A stretch of DNA of 37,354 bases from positions 1 through 37,354 of the IMG/VR virus record IMGVR_UViG_3300042940_000963; one strand, given 5' to 3'. Position numbers and translations under genes: made by a program. The notes beneath the pieces were generated by a model that did not search any database, was not told the origin of the DNA, and saw only the letters and a program-made list of their open reading frames with translations. Shown here piece after piece: positions 9,328 to 18,487 of this stretch. This stretch comes from a virus. Lineage: Duplodnaviria; Caudoviricetes. Positions within the stretch are counted from its first letter, which is position 1; each line of letters starts with the position of its first letter.

Positions 9328-10743
9328 ATGGCCGAGGCATCATTTATTCTGCGGGCGGTGGATGCGACAAAGCAGGCTTTCGCGAGCGTGCAAAACTCGC
9401 TCGCGAAGTTGCAGCAAAGTTCTCAGACAGCGGCGGGCTTCATAAAAAAAGCCTTTGATCCGAGGGCTCTCGGCGCAGGCTTTGCGGCGGCGCTCGGTCT
9501 TTCGCTGACCTCAGTTATTGATTCCGTCATCACAAAATTGACCGAATTGGTTATGCGTGCGGAAAATGTCCGCAAGATTTTGAGAGAATCTCGACTTGAG
9601 TCGGAAGGCATTTTGGAAGCAGGTATTTTTGCAGCAATGGACCCGGTGCGCCAACTGGAAACCATCCAAGCAAAAATCATAAAAAACGCCGCAGAAATCG
9701 ACAAGCTGCGCAGCAACGTAAGAGAGGAAGTGGTTGCACTACCACAAGGCGGATCAGTGACCGTTCAGCTAGGCAGCGTCAAAGAAGCCGAAGAGCTTAA
9801 AAAACTGGAAGCAATGCGGGCATCGCTGGTCATCGCGAATGTTAATTTAATAAATCAAATCGAAAGAGACACGGCTGAAATCAAAACAAAATCAGACGAC
9901 GAATCACTCGACGCGCAAAAAAAGGTTAACGATCTTTTGCGGGAGTCTAGCAATCTCATGTTGAAAGGTCTTGAAGTTCCAAGGGATGATGCTTCCGCAA
10001 GGATTGAGGCAACAATCGAGCAGACTTTGGCGAACCGAGAGCTCGGCAAATCTTTAAGTGATTCCGTCATGACTCCGATGGAAAAATACATCGCTGCGCT
10101 GGAGCGCATCGATTTATTGCACGCCAAAAAAACCATCGATGACGAGACCATGATTCGTCTTACCGCAGAGGCCGGCGCAGCATTTGCAGCGACATCAGGA
10201 GATGTTGAGGACATAGCATCGCGCCTAAGTATGGTGAACGAAACGGCAAACAAAACGATTCCTGCAATGTCTCAACTCGCGCAAATGAGCAACGACGCTG
10301 GCAGCATGATCGCCCAAGGCTTCGAGGACGCGATCTTGAGCGGGCAAAAGCTCGGCGAGGTTGTCCGCTCACTCGGTCGCGATTTGCTCCGGCTAGTGTT
10401 CCAAAAAACAATTACCAACCCACTTGCTGAAGGAATATCTGCCGCATTGAGAATCCCATTCAAGGCAATGGGCGGACCAGTCAGCGGCGGCTCGCCCTAC
10501 GTAGTCGGCGAGCAAGGGCCGGAGCTGTTCGTTCCGCACGCGTCGGGCACCATCGTGCCGAATAACAAGATGGGCGGCGGCAGCGGTTCGGGTGGCGGCA
10601 GCGTGACGGTAAACTACAACATCGCAGCCGGCGTCTCGCGAGCTGAACTCGTGCCGATTCTCGACCAAGAGCGTCGCCGGCTAAAGGCCGAGATTCCCGA
10701 CATGGTTCGACGCGGCGGCGGCTACCGCGCAGCCTTCGCTTAA
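9328..10743 (+). CDS. tape measure protein
   Basis: LRAVDATKQAF N-terminus, long helical middle, C-terminal AMGGPV...YVVGEQGPELFVP motif. Confidence 0.9.
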   Translation: MAEASFILRAVDATKQAFASVQNSLAKLQQSSQTAAGFIKKAFDPRALGAGFAAALGLSLTSVIDSVITKLTELVMRAENVRKILRESRLESEGILEAGIFAAMDPVRQLETIQAKIIKNAAEIDKLRSNVREEVVALPQGGSVTVQLGSVKEAEELKKLEAMRASLVIANVNLINQIERDTAEIKTKSDDESLDAQKKVNDLLRESSNLMLKGLEVPRDDASARIEATIEQTLANRELGKSLSDSVMTPMEKYIAALERIDLLHAKKTIDDETMIRLTAEAGAAFAATSGDVEDIASRLSMVNETANKTIPAMSQLAQMSNDAGSMIAQGFEDAILSGQKLGEVVRSLGRDLLRLVFQKTITNPLAEGISAALRIPFKAMGGPVSGGSPYVVGEQGPELFVPHASGTIVPNNKMGGGSGSGGGSVTVNYNIAAGVSRAELVPILDQERRRLKAEIPDMVRRGGGYRAAFA

Positions 10744-10748
10744 TCGTC

Positions 10749-11330
10749 ATGGCTATCACCTACCCACTCACGCCGCCGAGTCCGTTTAACCTCTCGCGCT
10801 TGTCGCTAACGGGCGTCTCCGCGACCTCGCGCAACACGTCGCCGTTCACGCTGCAGACGCAGCAATACAACTGGCCGGGGCAAGCTTGGCTCGGCTCGGT
10901 CGATTGTCCGCCGATGAAGCGTGCGGACGCGGAGACCGTCATCGCGTTCCTCTTGGCGGCGCAGCGCGGCACGTTCTATTTCCAAGACTACGCCAACCCG
11001 ACGAACCGAGGCGGCGTCACCGGGACGCTCACGGTCACGACGGCAACCGCGAACGGGACCACGCTGACATTCGGCGGCGCAACCGGCTCGTTCGCCGTCG
11101 GCGATTGGCTGCAAATCGCGACCTCGCTCTACAAGGTCGTGCAGGTCAATTCCTCATCGAGCGTCGATCTTTTCCCGGCACTTCGCAAAAGCTACGCGGG
11201 CGGCACGGCCATCACCTACGCCAACGCGAAAGGGGTATTCCGCCTCGCGTCACCAAGCACCGAATGGTCAATCGGCGAGGCGAGTATTTACGGCGTCGGA
11301 TTCGCGATCATCGAAGACGTTGAATCATGA
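10749..11330 (+). CDS. distal tail protein
   Basis: SPFTLQTQQYNWPGQAW...FLLAAQRG pattern; follows the tape measure gene. Confidence 0.65.
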   Translation: MAITYPLTPPSPFNLSRLSLTGVSATSRNTSPFTLQTQQYNWPGQAWLGSVDCPPMKRADAETVIAFLLAAQRGTFYFQDYANPTNRGGVTGTLTVTTATANGTTLTFGGATGSFAVGDWLQIATSLYKVVQVNSSSSVDLFPALRKSYAGGTAITYANAKGVFRLASPSTEWSIGEASIYGVGFAIIEDVES

Positions 11331-11956
11331 GCATCACTACCGCAGGCCGGTCGCTCTCGGCCAACATGGTTACCGAGGTCAGCGCGTCGCAGCTCTCGCC
11401 GATCTTGCTCGCGTCGTTCTCGTTCTCAACGCCGCTCCGGCTTTGGAGCGGTTACGGCACGATTACCGTTGGCGCAGTGACCTACCAAGGCATCGGAACG
11501 CTTGGCACAATCTCGCCCGTTGAGGAGACGACCGACCTCGCGGCGCGTGGAATCAACTTCCAGCTCTCGGGCGTTCCTACCGCTTACGTCTCGATTGCGC
11601 TCACCGAAAACTACCAAGGGAAGGAGTGCAGCGTCCTTTTCGGCGCACTTGACGCAACCGGCGCAATCGTCGCCTCGCCGGTCACGATCTTCGCCGGCCG
11701 CATGGACGTGATGTCGGTCAACGACGACGGCCAAGAAGCGTCAATTATCATGAGCGCCGAAAATAAACTCGTGGACTTTCGCCGGCCGCGTGAGGTGCGC
11801 TACACGCACGAGGAACAGCAGAATCTTTTCTCTACGGATCTCGGCTTGGAATTCGTGAACGCGATTCAGGAAAAACAAATCTACTGGGGCAACGCGAAGC
11901 TCGCGGCACCGATTCGGGACGGCGGCGACGAGAGCGAGTCAACCTCCTACATGTGA
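11327..11956 (+). CDS. baseplate hub / minor tail protein
   Basis: LRLWSGYG, YQGIGTLG, IFAGRMD, RYTHEEQQ...DLGLEFV...IYWG pattern. Confidence 0.7.
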   Translation: MSITTAGRSLSANMVTEVSASQLSPILLASFSFSTPLRLWSGYGTITVGAVTYQGIGTLGTISPVEETTDLAARGINFQLSGVPTAYVSIALTENYQGKECSVLFGALDATGAIVASPVTIFAGRMDVMSVNDDGQEASIIMSAENKLVDFRRPREVRYTHEEQQNLFSTDLGLEFVNAIQEKQIYWGNAKLAAPIRDGGDESESTSYM

Positions 11957-12360
11957 TGCCAGCACGCCGCGACAACTGGCCGGACCTGCTCGCGCAATTT
12001 ATCGAGGTGCGACGCCATCAACCGTTCGAGTGGGGCTCGAATGATTGCTGCATGTTCGCGGCGGATTGGGTCGAGCTTTGCACGGGCGAGGATTACGCCA
12101 AAACGTGGCGCAATCGCTACTCGTCGGCATTTGGCGCGGTGCGCGTGCTGAACGAGGCAGGCGGCGTTGAGGCTCTGGTGGACGCGCTAGGGCTGCACCG
12201 CGTCGCGCCGCAGAAGGCCGGGCGTGGCGACATCGTAGCTCAGCAGGCCGGGCGCGGCGTGACGCTCGGGATTTGCCTCGGCGTGACAACGGCTTTTGTC
12301 GCGGAGGACGGGCTTGTTTTTGGGCCGCTTTCTAGCGTCGAAACTGCTTGGAGAATTTAA
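11953..12360 (+). CDS. NlpC/P60-like tail tip protein
   Basis: PFEWGSNDCCMFAADW and RGDIV motifs; occupies the lambda gpK position. Confidence 0.75.
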   Translation: MMPARRDNWPDLLAQFIEVRRHQPFEWGSNDCCMFAADWVELCTGEDYAKTWRNRYSSAFGAVRVLNEAGGVEALVDALGLHRVAPQKAGRGDIVAQQAGRGVTLGICLGVTTAFVAEDGLVFGPLSSVETAWRI

Positions 12361-12361
12361 C

Positions 12362-15300
12362 ATGCCACAAGCCATCGCAATCGCCATTCTCTCAAACGTC
12401 TCGTTTGCCACGGTCTCTGGTGCAATCCAAGCGGTCAAATTTTTGGCCGCAGTGATAAAGTTCGCCGCCGTCACCGCCGCGTCAATGGCCGCGACGAAAC
12501 TGCTTTCTCCGAAGATGCCGAGCTTCGCCGACTCGTCGCTTTCGGACCGCTCGCAGTTGGTCCGCAATCCAATCTCGGCGCGGACGATTGTTTACGGCAA
12601 AAGCCGCGTCAGCGGCACCATCGTTTACCTCAGCACGACGGGAACCAAAAACGAATACCTGCACATCGTCCTGACGCTCGCCGGCCACGAGGTCGAAGCC
12701 ATTGACGAGGTTTATTTCAACGACGAGCTGGTGCCGCTGACCGGCAACACGCCGACGGGATTCTACGCAGGAGTTGCCCGGGTGAACAAAAAGCGCGGCG
12801 TTCCCGGAGACACGGCCGACGCGGATTTGATCGCGGACACGGCAAGCCTGACCGATGGCAAATGGACCGCAAACCACACGCTCTCTGGCATCGCCTACCT
12901 TTACGTGCGTCTCACATGGGACGCCGAGAAATTCCCGAGCGGGATTCCCAACATCAGCGCCGTCATTCGCGGCAAGAAGGTGCTCGACCCGCGCACGGCG
13001 ACAACCGCCTATTCCGCAAACGCCGCGCTCTGCCTTCGCGACTACCTGACTGACACGTCGCTCGGCATGGGCATGACCGCCGCCGAGGTTGACGATACCG
13101 CGTTCGGCGTCGCTGCAACCATCTGCGAGGAACAGGTTCAAATCCTTCCGCTCTCGCCGACGGTTTACGAGAACCGCTACGAGGCCAACGGCGTGATTGT
13201 GACGAGCGCCAGCCCAGACGAGAACATCGGCAAGCTCCTAAGCGCAATGGGTGGCCTGATCGCCTACACGGGCGGGCGCATCGTTCCCTACGCGTCCGCC
13301 TACCGCATACCAACAGTGACGCTCACCGAGAAGCATTTCGTCGGGCCGCTCAACGTGCAGACGCGAACGAGTGCGCGGGACCGGGTGAACTCGGTCAAAG
13401 GCGTTTACGTGTCGGAGACGAACAACTGGCAGGTGACGGACTTCCCGACGATCAGCTCGGCCACCTACGTCACCGCCGACAACAGCAACGTCTTTTTCCG
13501 CGACGTTGTTCTCCCGTTCACGACTTCGCCTAGTTGCGCTCAACGGCTCGCCGTGCTGGAGCTGCGCCGCGCTCGGGAGGAAATCACGTTCTCGGCACGC
13601 TTCCGCCTCGAAGCGATGCAGGTCCGCGCCGGGGACACGGTCATGATTACCAACGAAAAGCTCGGCTGGTCGTCCAAGGTGTTCGAGGTGATGGAATGGA
13701 ACTTTGCGAGCGACGGCACGCCGCCGCAGGTGTTCGTGGACATGACGCTACGCGAAACCGCGTCCTCGGTTTACTCGTGGGCCGTCGGCGATCAAATCGC
13801 TGTGCCGGACTCGCCCAACACCACGTTGCCCGACCCGTTCACGCTCAGCGCACCGACGAGCCTTTCGCTCACGGCGGACGGGACGACTCAACTGGTGCAG
13901 GCTGACGGCACGATCTTGCCTCGGATTCGCGTCGGCTGGACGCCACCGGCTGCGGAGTTTATCCAAAGCGGCGGCTCGGTCGTCATCGAATACAAGCCAG
14001 CCGCAAGCACGACCTACCTGACTTGGAACACGGTTGAGGGCGAACAGACCGAGGACTTCATTTCGTCCGACGTGAAGATTGGCACGAACTACAACGTGCG
14101 GATTTACGGCGAGAGCTACTTCGGAATTTCGACAAGCTATCTCAGTGGCTCAATCACCGTCGCGCAGGACACGACGCCGCCGGCAACGCCAACCGGACTC
14201 AGCGCAGCCATCGGCACCGGCAAGGCCGTCTCGCTCGACTGGAACGACAACACCGAGCCGGACTTTTCGGAGTATGGCATTTACCGGAACGTCTCGGCAA
14301 TCACGCCGGCCAACGCGAACACGGACAAGATCGCGGAGGTGCGTGCGTCGCGGTTCGTGGACACCGACGTGACCATCGGGACCACGTATTACTATTGGCT
14401 CACCGCTTACGATTCAGTCGAGAACGTCAGCGGCTTTACGAGCTACGTTCAAGCCACGCCGTCCGTCATCACGGCTGGGCCGATTGACCCGACTGCGCCG
14501 GCTACGCCTAACGCGCCGACGCTGATCAGCACCACGTTCTATGAATCGAGTGACGGCACGAGCTTTGCGGGCGTTTCGCTCACGGCTCCACCATTGCCAT
14601 CCGGCGCGGTCGCGCTGGACGTGCTTTATCGTCGCACAGGAGCGAGCGATTTCATTATTGGAAACCAAATTACGTCTGTCATTTCCGTTGCGGTCAGCAT
14701 CGACGATCTTTCGGTCGGAGAGTCTTACCAATTTGCAGCGCGAGGGATTTCGTTTTCTGGAGCGTTGTCGCCGGTTTCTTCTCTGCTTAGTCAGACCGCT
14801 CCGAGTAACACGACGCCGCCGAGCACGTTGACGGGACTGACTCGGATCGCTGGCGATCAAGCTGACAAAGGTGCGGTGGTGCATCTCGGAAACGAGTATT
14901 ACACGGCAGTCGTGACGTGGACAAAACCAAGCGACCGCGACATTGCGAATTACCAATGGGTAATAACGACAATAAACACCGACGCAGAAGCGGATGCTAT
15001 TATTGCGTCAGGCGGGGGATTTCTGACTCGCGAAGAATACGCGCAAGCGGTCATCGGCACGCCAGCGGTTCAATATTTTCGCGTCCGAGCAATCAATCGC
15101 AGCGGCACCGCAGGAGCGTGGGCGGCTGCTGGCGACCTGTTCACATTCTACGCTCGGCAGCTCGGCGACGCCGCGACGCTCGACACTGGCACGACGGCAG
15201 GCACCGTCGCCGAAGGCAACGACACCCGCATCACCGGCGCAGCCCAGAAAGCCTCAAACCTCTCGGACGTTGCCAGCCCGTCCACGGCTCGCGCAAATCT

Positions 15301-15559
15301 CGGCATAAATCGTTTCTCGCACGTTGAAAACCTCACGGGCGGCGCACCAACCGAGACGTTCACCTTCACGCACTCGCTCGGCACGACACAAGACTACGTG
15401 CTCGCCGCGTGCGTCTCGCCGGTAAACGAGCTGTTAATCGCGCACGACTATTCGGCGGCGGGCAACAACTCGAACGACACGGTCTTTCACGTGGCGACCG
15501 TTGACGGCTCAAACATCTCCGCAGGCTTGCGGCGCTTTACGATTCATTTCGTGCAGTGA
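12362..15559 (+). CDS. tail tip / host specificity protein J-like with fibronectin type III domains
   Basis: RTIVYGKSRVSG, GIAYLYVRL, NAALCLRDYL motifs and FN3 repeats (DTTPPATPTGL, YYYWLTAYD). Start placed at ATG 12362. Confidence 0.9.
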   Translation: MPQAIAIAILSNVSFATVSGAIQAVKFLAAVIKFAAVTAASMAATKLLSPKMPSFADSSLSDRSQLVRNPISARTIVYGKSRVSGTIVYLSTTGTKNEYLHIVLTLAGHEVEAIDEVYFNDELVPLTGNTPTGFYAGVARVNKKRGVPGDTADADLIADTASLTDGKWTANHTLSGIAYLYVRLTWDAEKFPSGIPNISAVIRGKKVLDPRTATTAYSANAALCLRDYLTDTSLGMGMTAAEVDDTAFGVAATICEEQVQILPLSPTVYENRYEANGVIVTSASPDENIGKLLSAMGGLIAYTGGRIVPYASAYRIPTVTLTEKHFVGPLNVQTRTSARDRVNSVKGVYVSETNNWQVTDFPTISSATYVTADNSNVFFRDVVLPFTTSPSCAQRLAVLELRRAREEITFSARFRLEAMQVRAGDTVMITNEKLGWSSKVFEVMEWNFASDGTPPQVFVDMTLRETASSVYSWAVGDQIAVPDSPNTTLPDPFTLSAPTSLSLTADGTTQLVQADGTILPRIRVGWTPPAAEFIQSGGSVVIEYKPAASTTYLTWNTVEGEQTEDFISSDVKIGTNYNVRIYGESYFGISTSYLSGSITVAQDTTPPATPTGLSAAIGTGKAVSLDWNDNTEPDFSEYGIYRNVSAITPANANTDKIAEVRASRFVDTDVTIGTTYYYWLTAYDSVENVSGFTSYVQATPSVITAGPIDPTAPATPNAPTLISTTFYESSDGTSFAGVSLTAPPLPSGAVALDVLYRRTGASDFIIGNQITSVISVAVSIDDLSVGESYQFAARGISFSGALSPVSSLLSQTAPSNTTPPSTLTGLTRIAGDQADKGAVVHLGNEYYTAVVTWTKPSDRDIANYQWVITTINTDAEADAIIASGGGFLTREEYAQAVIGTPAVQYFRVRAINRSGTAGAWAAAGDLFTFYARQLGDAATLDTGTTAGTVAEGNDTRITGAAQKASNLSDVASPSTARANLGINRFSHVENLTGGAPTETFTFTHSLGTTQDYVLAACVSPVNELLIAHDYSAAGNNSNDTVFHVATVDGSNISAGLRRFTIHFVQ

Positions 15560-15590
15560 TTCCGCGCTGAGTCTGTTTTTTCTTCAGACG

Positions 15591-15610
15591 TAAGTCGTTG
15601 ATTATCAACG
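15591..15610 (-). promoter_or_regulatory. IHF-consensus site within a palindrome
   Basis: The minus strand of 15591-15603 reads AATCAACGACTTA, matching WATCAANNNNTTR. It overlaps the palindrome CGTTGAT-T-ATCAACG. Confidence 0.5.
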
Positions 15611-15647
15611 CTCACGGATTGCGTGCGATACTTCGCGCACATTTTTC

Positions 15648-15675
15648 TTCACATCGCGGGGCGGATGTGTAGATT
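15648..15675 (+). promoter_or_regulatory. putative early sigma70-like promoter
   Basis: TTCACA-16 nt-TAGATT at the head of the early gene block. Confidence 0.35.
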
Positions 15676-15716
15676 TTTCGCATCGGAGGGAATTAACCCG
15701 ACGACAAAAACAAAAC

Positions 15717-15908
15717 ATGAAAAACAAAACGACCCAGATCAAAAGCCTCGAAGCCTTGAAAGCCGCTGCACCAGAAGGAACACGATTCATTCACACCGCG
15801 AGCGTGATGGATGACTCGGGAACGGGCCAATTCTGCGGATTCTACGCCACGCCGGAGCAAGAGCGCGAATACAACGACGGAATGGCTCGGATGGCCGAGA
15901 TGGGCTGA
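15717..15908 (+). CDS. hypothetical early protein
   Basis: 63-aa ORF after an A-rich leader. Confidence 0.6.
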   Translation: MKNKTTQIKSLEALKAAAPEGTRFIHTASVMDDSGTGQFCGFYATPEQEREYNDGMARMAEMG

Positions 15909-15930
15909 GCAAACCCACCACCGCAAACCA

Positions 15931-15961
15931 CCCCGCTACCTCTTCAGAGGCGCGGGGTTTT
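15931..15961 (+). terminator. terminator-like hairpin
   Basis: CCCCGC..CCTCT-TC-AGAGG..GCGGGG followed by TTTT. Confidence 0.6.
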
Positions 15962-16008
15962 CCGGTGCCAGCCGAAGCGATTTAACGCCGAAGCGCGCAA
16001 TCAACCAC

Positions 16009-16275
16009 ATGAAAATCAGCATCGACAGCGTTCAATCAGTCAGCATCCGCAACGAGTATCTCGCAGCTCATTGCAATCACGCCGAATTCTTCGGGACGTT
16101 CCGCCACCCAGACCACTCTGAAAATCAGGACTGGTGCATCAGCCTTTACAGCGTCTGCGACGAACTGGTGTTTGCCACCAACGGCGATGCAGTCTGGGAG
16201 GTCTCAAACTGCAACGACTTTGCGGCGCTCGTCTCAGAATACGGAATCAACATCGAGGAGGCGCTCGCAGAATGA
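16009..16275 (+). CDS. hypothetical acidic protein
   Basis: MKISIDSVQ... starting at ATG 16009; overlaps the next start. Confidence 0.6.
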   Translation: MKISIDSVQSVSIRNEYLAAHCNHAEFFGTFRHPDHSENQDWCISLYSVCDELVFATNGDAVWEVSNCNDFAALVSEYGINIEEALAE

Positions 16276-16436
16276 ACACCACCGAAGCACTCACCCAAGC
16301 ACTGATCCTCGCGATCACCGCGCCCGACCAAGCACGCGCTGATCGCGCAATCGCTCTCGCCGAAAGCATCGGCGCGGGCTGCACGGCGAAGCAGATTGCA
16401 GCGGCCAAGCGCAACGCCTCGAAGCTCACCAAATGA
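16272..16436 (+). CDS. hypothetical 54-aa protein (MNTTEALTQALILAITAP...)
   Basis: ATGA overlaps at both ends. Confidence 0.6.
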   Translation: MNTTEALTQALILAITAPDQARADRAIALAESIGAGCTAKQIAAAKRNASKLTK

Positions 16437-16813
16437 AATCCGCACTACTAATCCTCGCGCTCGCGGCCACCGCGCACGCAGCGCCACCCGCCTCATTCTT
16501 CCGCGCTCTGCACGTAGTCGAGACCTCCGGCCGCACCGGGCCAATCCTCGGCGACGGTGGCAAGGCGCTCGGGCCGCTCCAGATTCACCGCGCCTACCAC
16601 GCGGACAGTCGCGTTGCCGGCGACTACTCACGCGTTGCCGATCTCGACTACTCGAAACGCGTCGCAACCGCCTATCTCAAGCGTCACGCTCCGGCAGCGT
16701 GGAAGGCGGGCGATGTCGAGACGCTCGCACGCGTGCACAACGGCGGACCCAAAGGCCACCTCAAGCAGGCGACCAAGGGCTACGCAGCGAAGGTCAAGGC
16801 GCTTTCCCGATGA
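16433..16813 (+). CDS. secreted lysozyme-like protein
   Basis: Signal peptide MKSALLILALAATAHA; ALHVVETSG (catalytic Glu), GPLQI and ARVHNGGP lysozyme-superfamily motifs. Confidence 0.75.
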   Translation: MKSALLILALAATAHAAPPASFFRALHVVETSGRTGPILGDGGKALGPLQIHRAYHADSRVAGDYSRVADLDYSKRVATAYLKRHAPAAWKAGDVETLARVHNGGPKGHLKQATKGYAAKVKALSR

Positions 16814-17007
16814 GCCGAAAGACCAAACCCGAATACAAGACGCGCATCGTCGCGGCGATCAACGCTGACGAGGGAATCAAAGGCGTCGCCTGCGAGCTGG
16901 GAATCTCGACCGGGTACGCATACAAGATCGCGCAAGACTTGGGCTACCTCGCCCGGCTCGTGAACGCTGAGGAAATTAAACTCTTGAAACAACACAGGAC
17001 AAAATGA
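16810..17007 (+). CDS. HTH DNA-binding protein
   Basis: IKGVACELGISTGYAYKIA helix-turn-helix. Confidence 0.7.
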   Translation: MSRKTKPEYKTRIVAAINADEGIKGVACELGISTGYAYKIAQDLGYLARLVNAEEIKLLKQHRTK

Positions 17008-17294
17008 ACCCACCCGACCAACCGACGCCACGAACCGACGCAGCGGTCAAGCTGACCGTCGCCGCAGGTCACAACACCGTTTGTCCAAACTTCGCTCGCA
17101 CCCTCGAACGCGAACTCACCGCCGAGCGCGAAAAGGTGCGCGTGCTGCGGGAGCACGGCATTGAGGCTCTTATGGTCGCACGCTCTTGGCAAATGGTATG
17201 GGGCGACAAGCTATCGCCCGACTCGGTGGCGATCTTCACCAAACACGAACAGGCATTTCTCGCAGGTCTCGCCGCGACGGAGGCAAAAACATGA
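17004..17294 (+). CDS. hypothetical protein with PTPRTDA...LEREL motif
   Basis: Coupled ORF; the motif is shared with the next gene. Confidence 0.6.
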   Translation: MNPPDQPTPRTDAAVKLTVAAGHNTVCPNFARTLERELTAEREKVRVLREHGIEALMVARSWQMVWGDKLSPDSVAIFTKHEQAFLAGLAATEAKT

Positions 17295-17917
17295 ACCCAC
17301 TCGACCAACCCACGCCCTACGCAGGCGCACCTGAATGGCCGAAGCCTTTTGCGGGCACGCCCACCGGCATTATCGGAGAGACTTGCAGCCAACCGCTGCA
17401 CGATCTTGTGCATCGCACGCCCACCCTCTCGCCGACGCCGAGGACGGATGCAGCCTACTTCGCGAACGGCGCAACCATGTATTCGCTCGCCGGTGAGATG
17501 AAGCTTATTGAACGCGAACTCGCCGAAACCGAACGCCTGCGATTTGGTGCCGATGCGGATCGACGCCGGTTGCGTTGCGAACTCGCCGCCGCGAAAGCGG
17601 AGTGCGAGAGGTTGAAATTTCTTGCTGGCCCTTCCGCCATGAGCGACGATTCAATTGTTTCAGCTTACGCCGAACTCGCCCGCCTCCGCGCCGAGGTAAA
17701 GGCGGCAAGGCTTCGCGGGGATGTATTGCAAGCCGAAGTAGATCGCTGGACCAAGTGGCACAGCGATCAACCTTGGTTAGCAGAGATTTACGGCTACCAA
17801 AAGCAACTCGCCCGCGCCGAGAAAGCCGAGGCGGAACGCGACCGGGCGGACGCCGAAGTTGCTGAGTTAAAAAAACTGCTTTTGGAGTTTGGGCAATTGC
17901 CATCAACGCAGCCATGA
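17291..17917 (+). CDS. coiled-coil protein with PTPRTDA...IEREL motif
   Basis: Start placed at ATG 17291; paralogous N-terminus MNPLDQPTP. Confidence 0.6.
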   Translation: MNPLDQPTPYAGAPEWPKPFAGTPTGIIGETCSQPLHDLVHRTPTLSPTPRTDAAYFANGATMYSLAGEMKLIERELAETERLRFGADADRRRLRCELAAAKAECERLKFLAGPSAMSDDSIVSAYAELARLRAEVKAARLRGDVLQAEVDRWTKWHSDQPWLAEIYGYQKQLARAEKAEAERDRADAEVAELKKLLLEFGQLPSTQP

Positions 17918-17935
17918 AAGGCACGATCTAATTTT

Positions 17936-18340
17936 ATGACCACCGAACAACACCTCGAACTATTAACCGAGCTTCGCGCCATTCGCGCCGCTCTCGAAAA
18001 GCCGAAGCCGATGCTCAGCCTGACGGCTGCGACCGCACCGACCGCGACGCCGGACACTCTGCCACTCCCGGCGATTGCAATCGCGGACGCGGGCAGCGTG
18101 CAGGTCCACTTCGGCAAAAACGCTGGCGTGCCACTCTCGGCACTCAGTGACAAACAGCTCCTCTGGTATGGAGCCGACCGACCAGAGCAGCTCAAGAAGG
18201 ACGGCACGCCGTTCGCTCCACGCGAGGCCGACGTGCTGCTCAAGAACGCGTGCCGCACCTTGTGGCATCAGCGCAAGAGCGGCGCTCCAATAGTGCCAGC
18301 TACTCAGCCGGCAGACGACGGCGAGAACGTGCCGTTCTAA
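17936..18340 (+). CDS. hypothetical protein with FGKxxG motif and SSB-like acidic tail
   Basis: VHFGKNAGVPLSAL...LLWY; C-terminus DDGENVPF. Confidence 0.65.
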   Translation: MTTEQHLELLTELRAIRAALEKPKPMLSLTAATAPTATPDTLPLPAIAIADAGSVQVHFGKNAGVPLSALSDKQLLWYGADRPEQLKKDGTPFAPREADVLLKNACRTLWHQRKSGAPIVPATQPADDGENVPF

Positions 18341-18487
18341 AACTTCTCGGCGGTTCCGAGCATAAACCCAACCCTACGACGCCGCTGGTGGCGGTGCGAA
18401 AATACGCCAGCAACTATTTCCCAAAAGGAAAACCCTCCGGCCAACGACGACCGGAGGGCAACACACGAAACACACACACGATACAAC

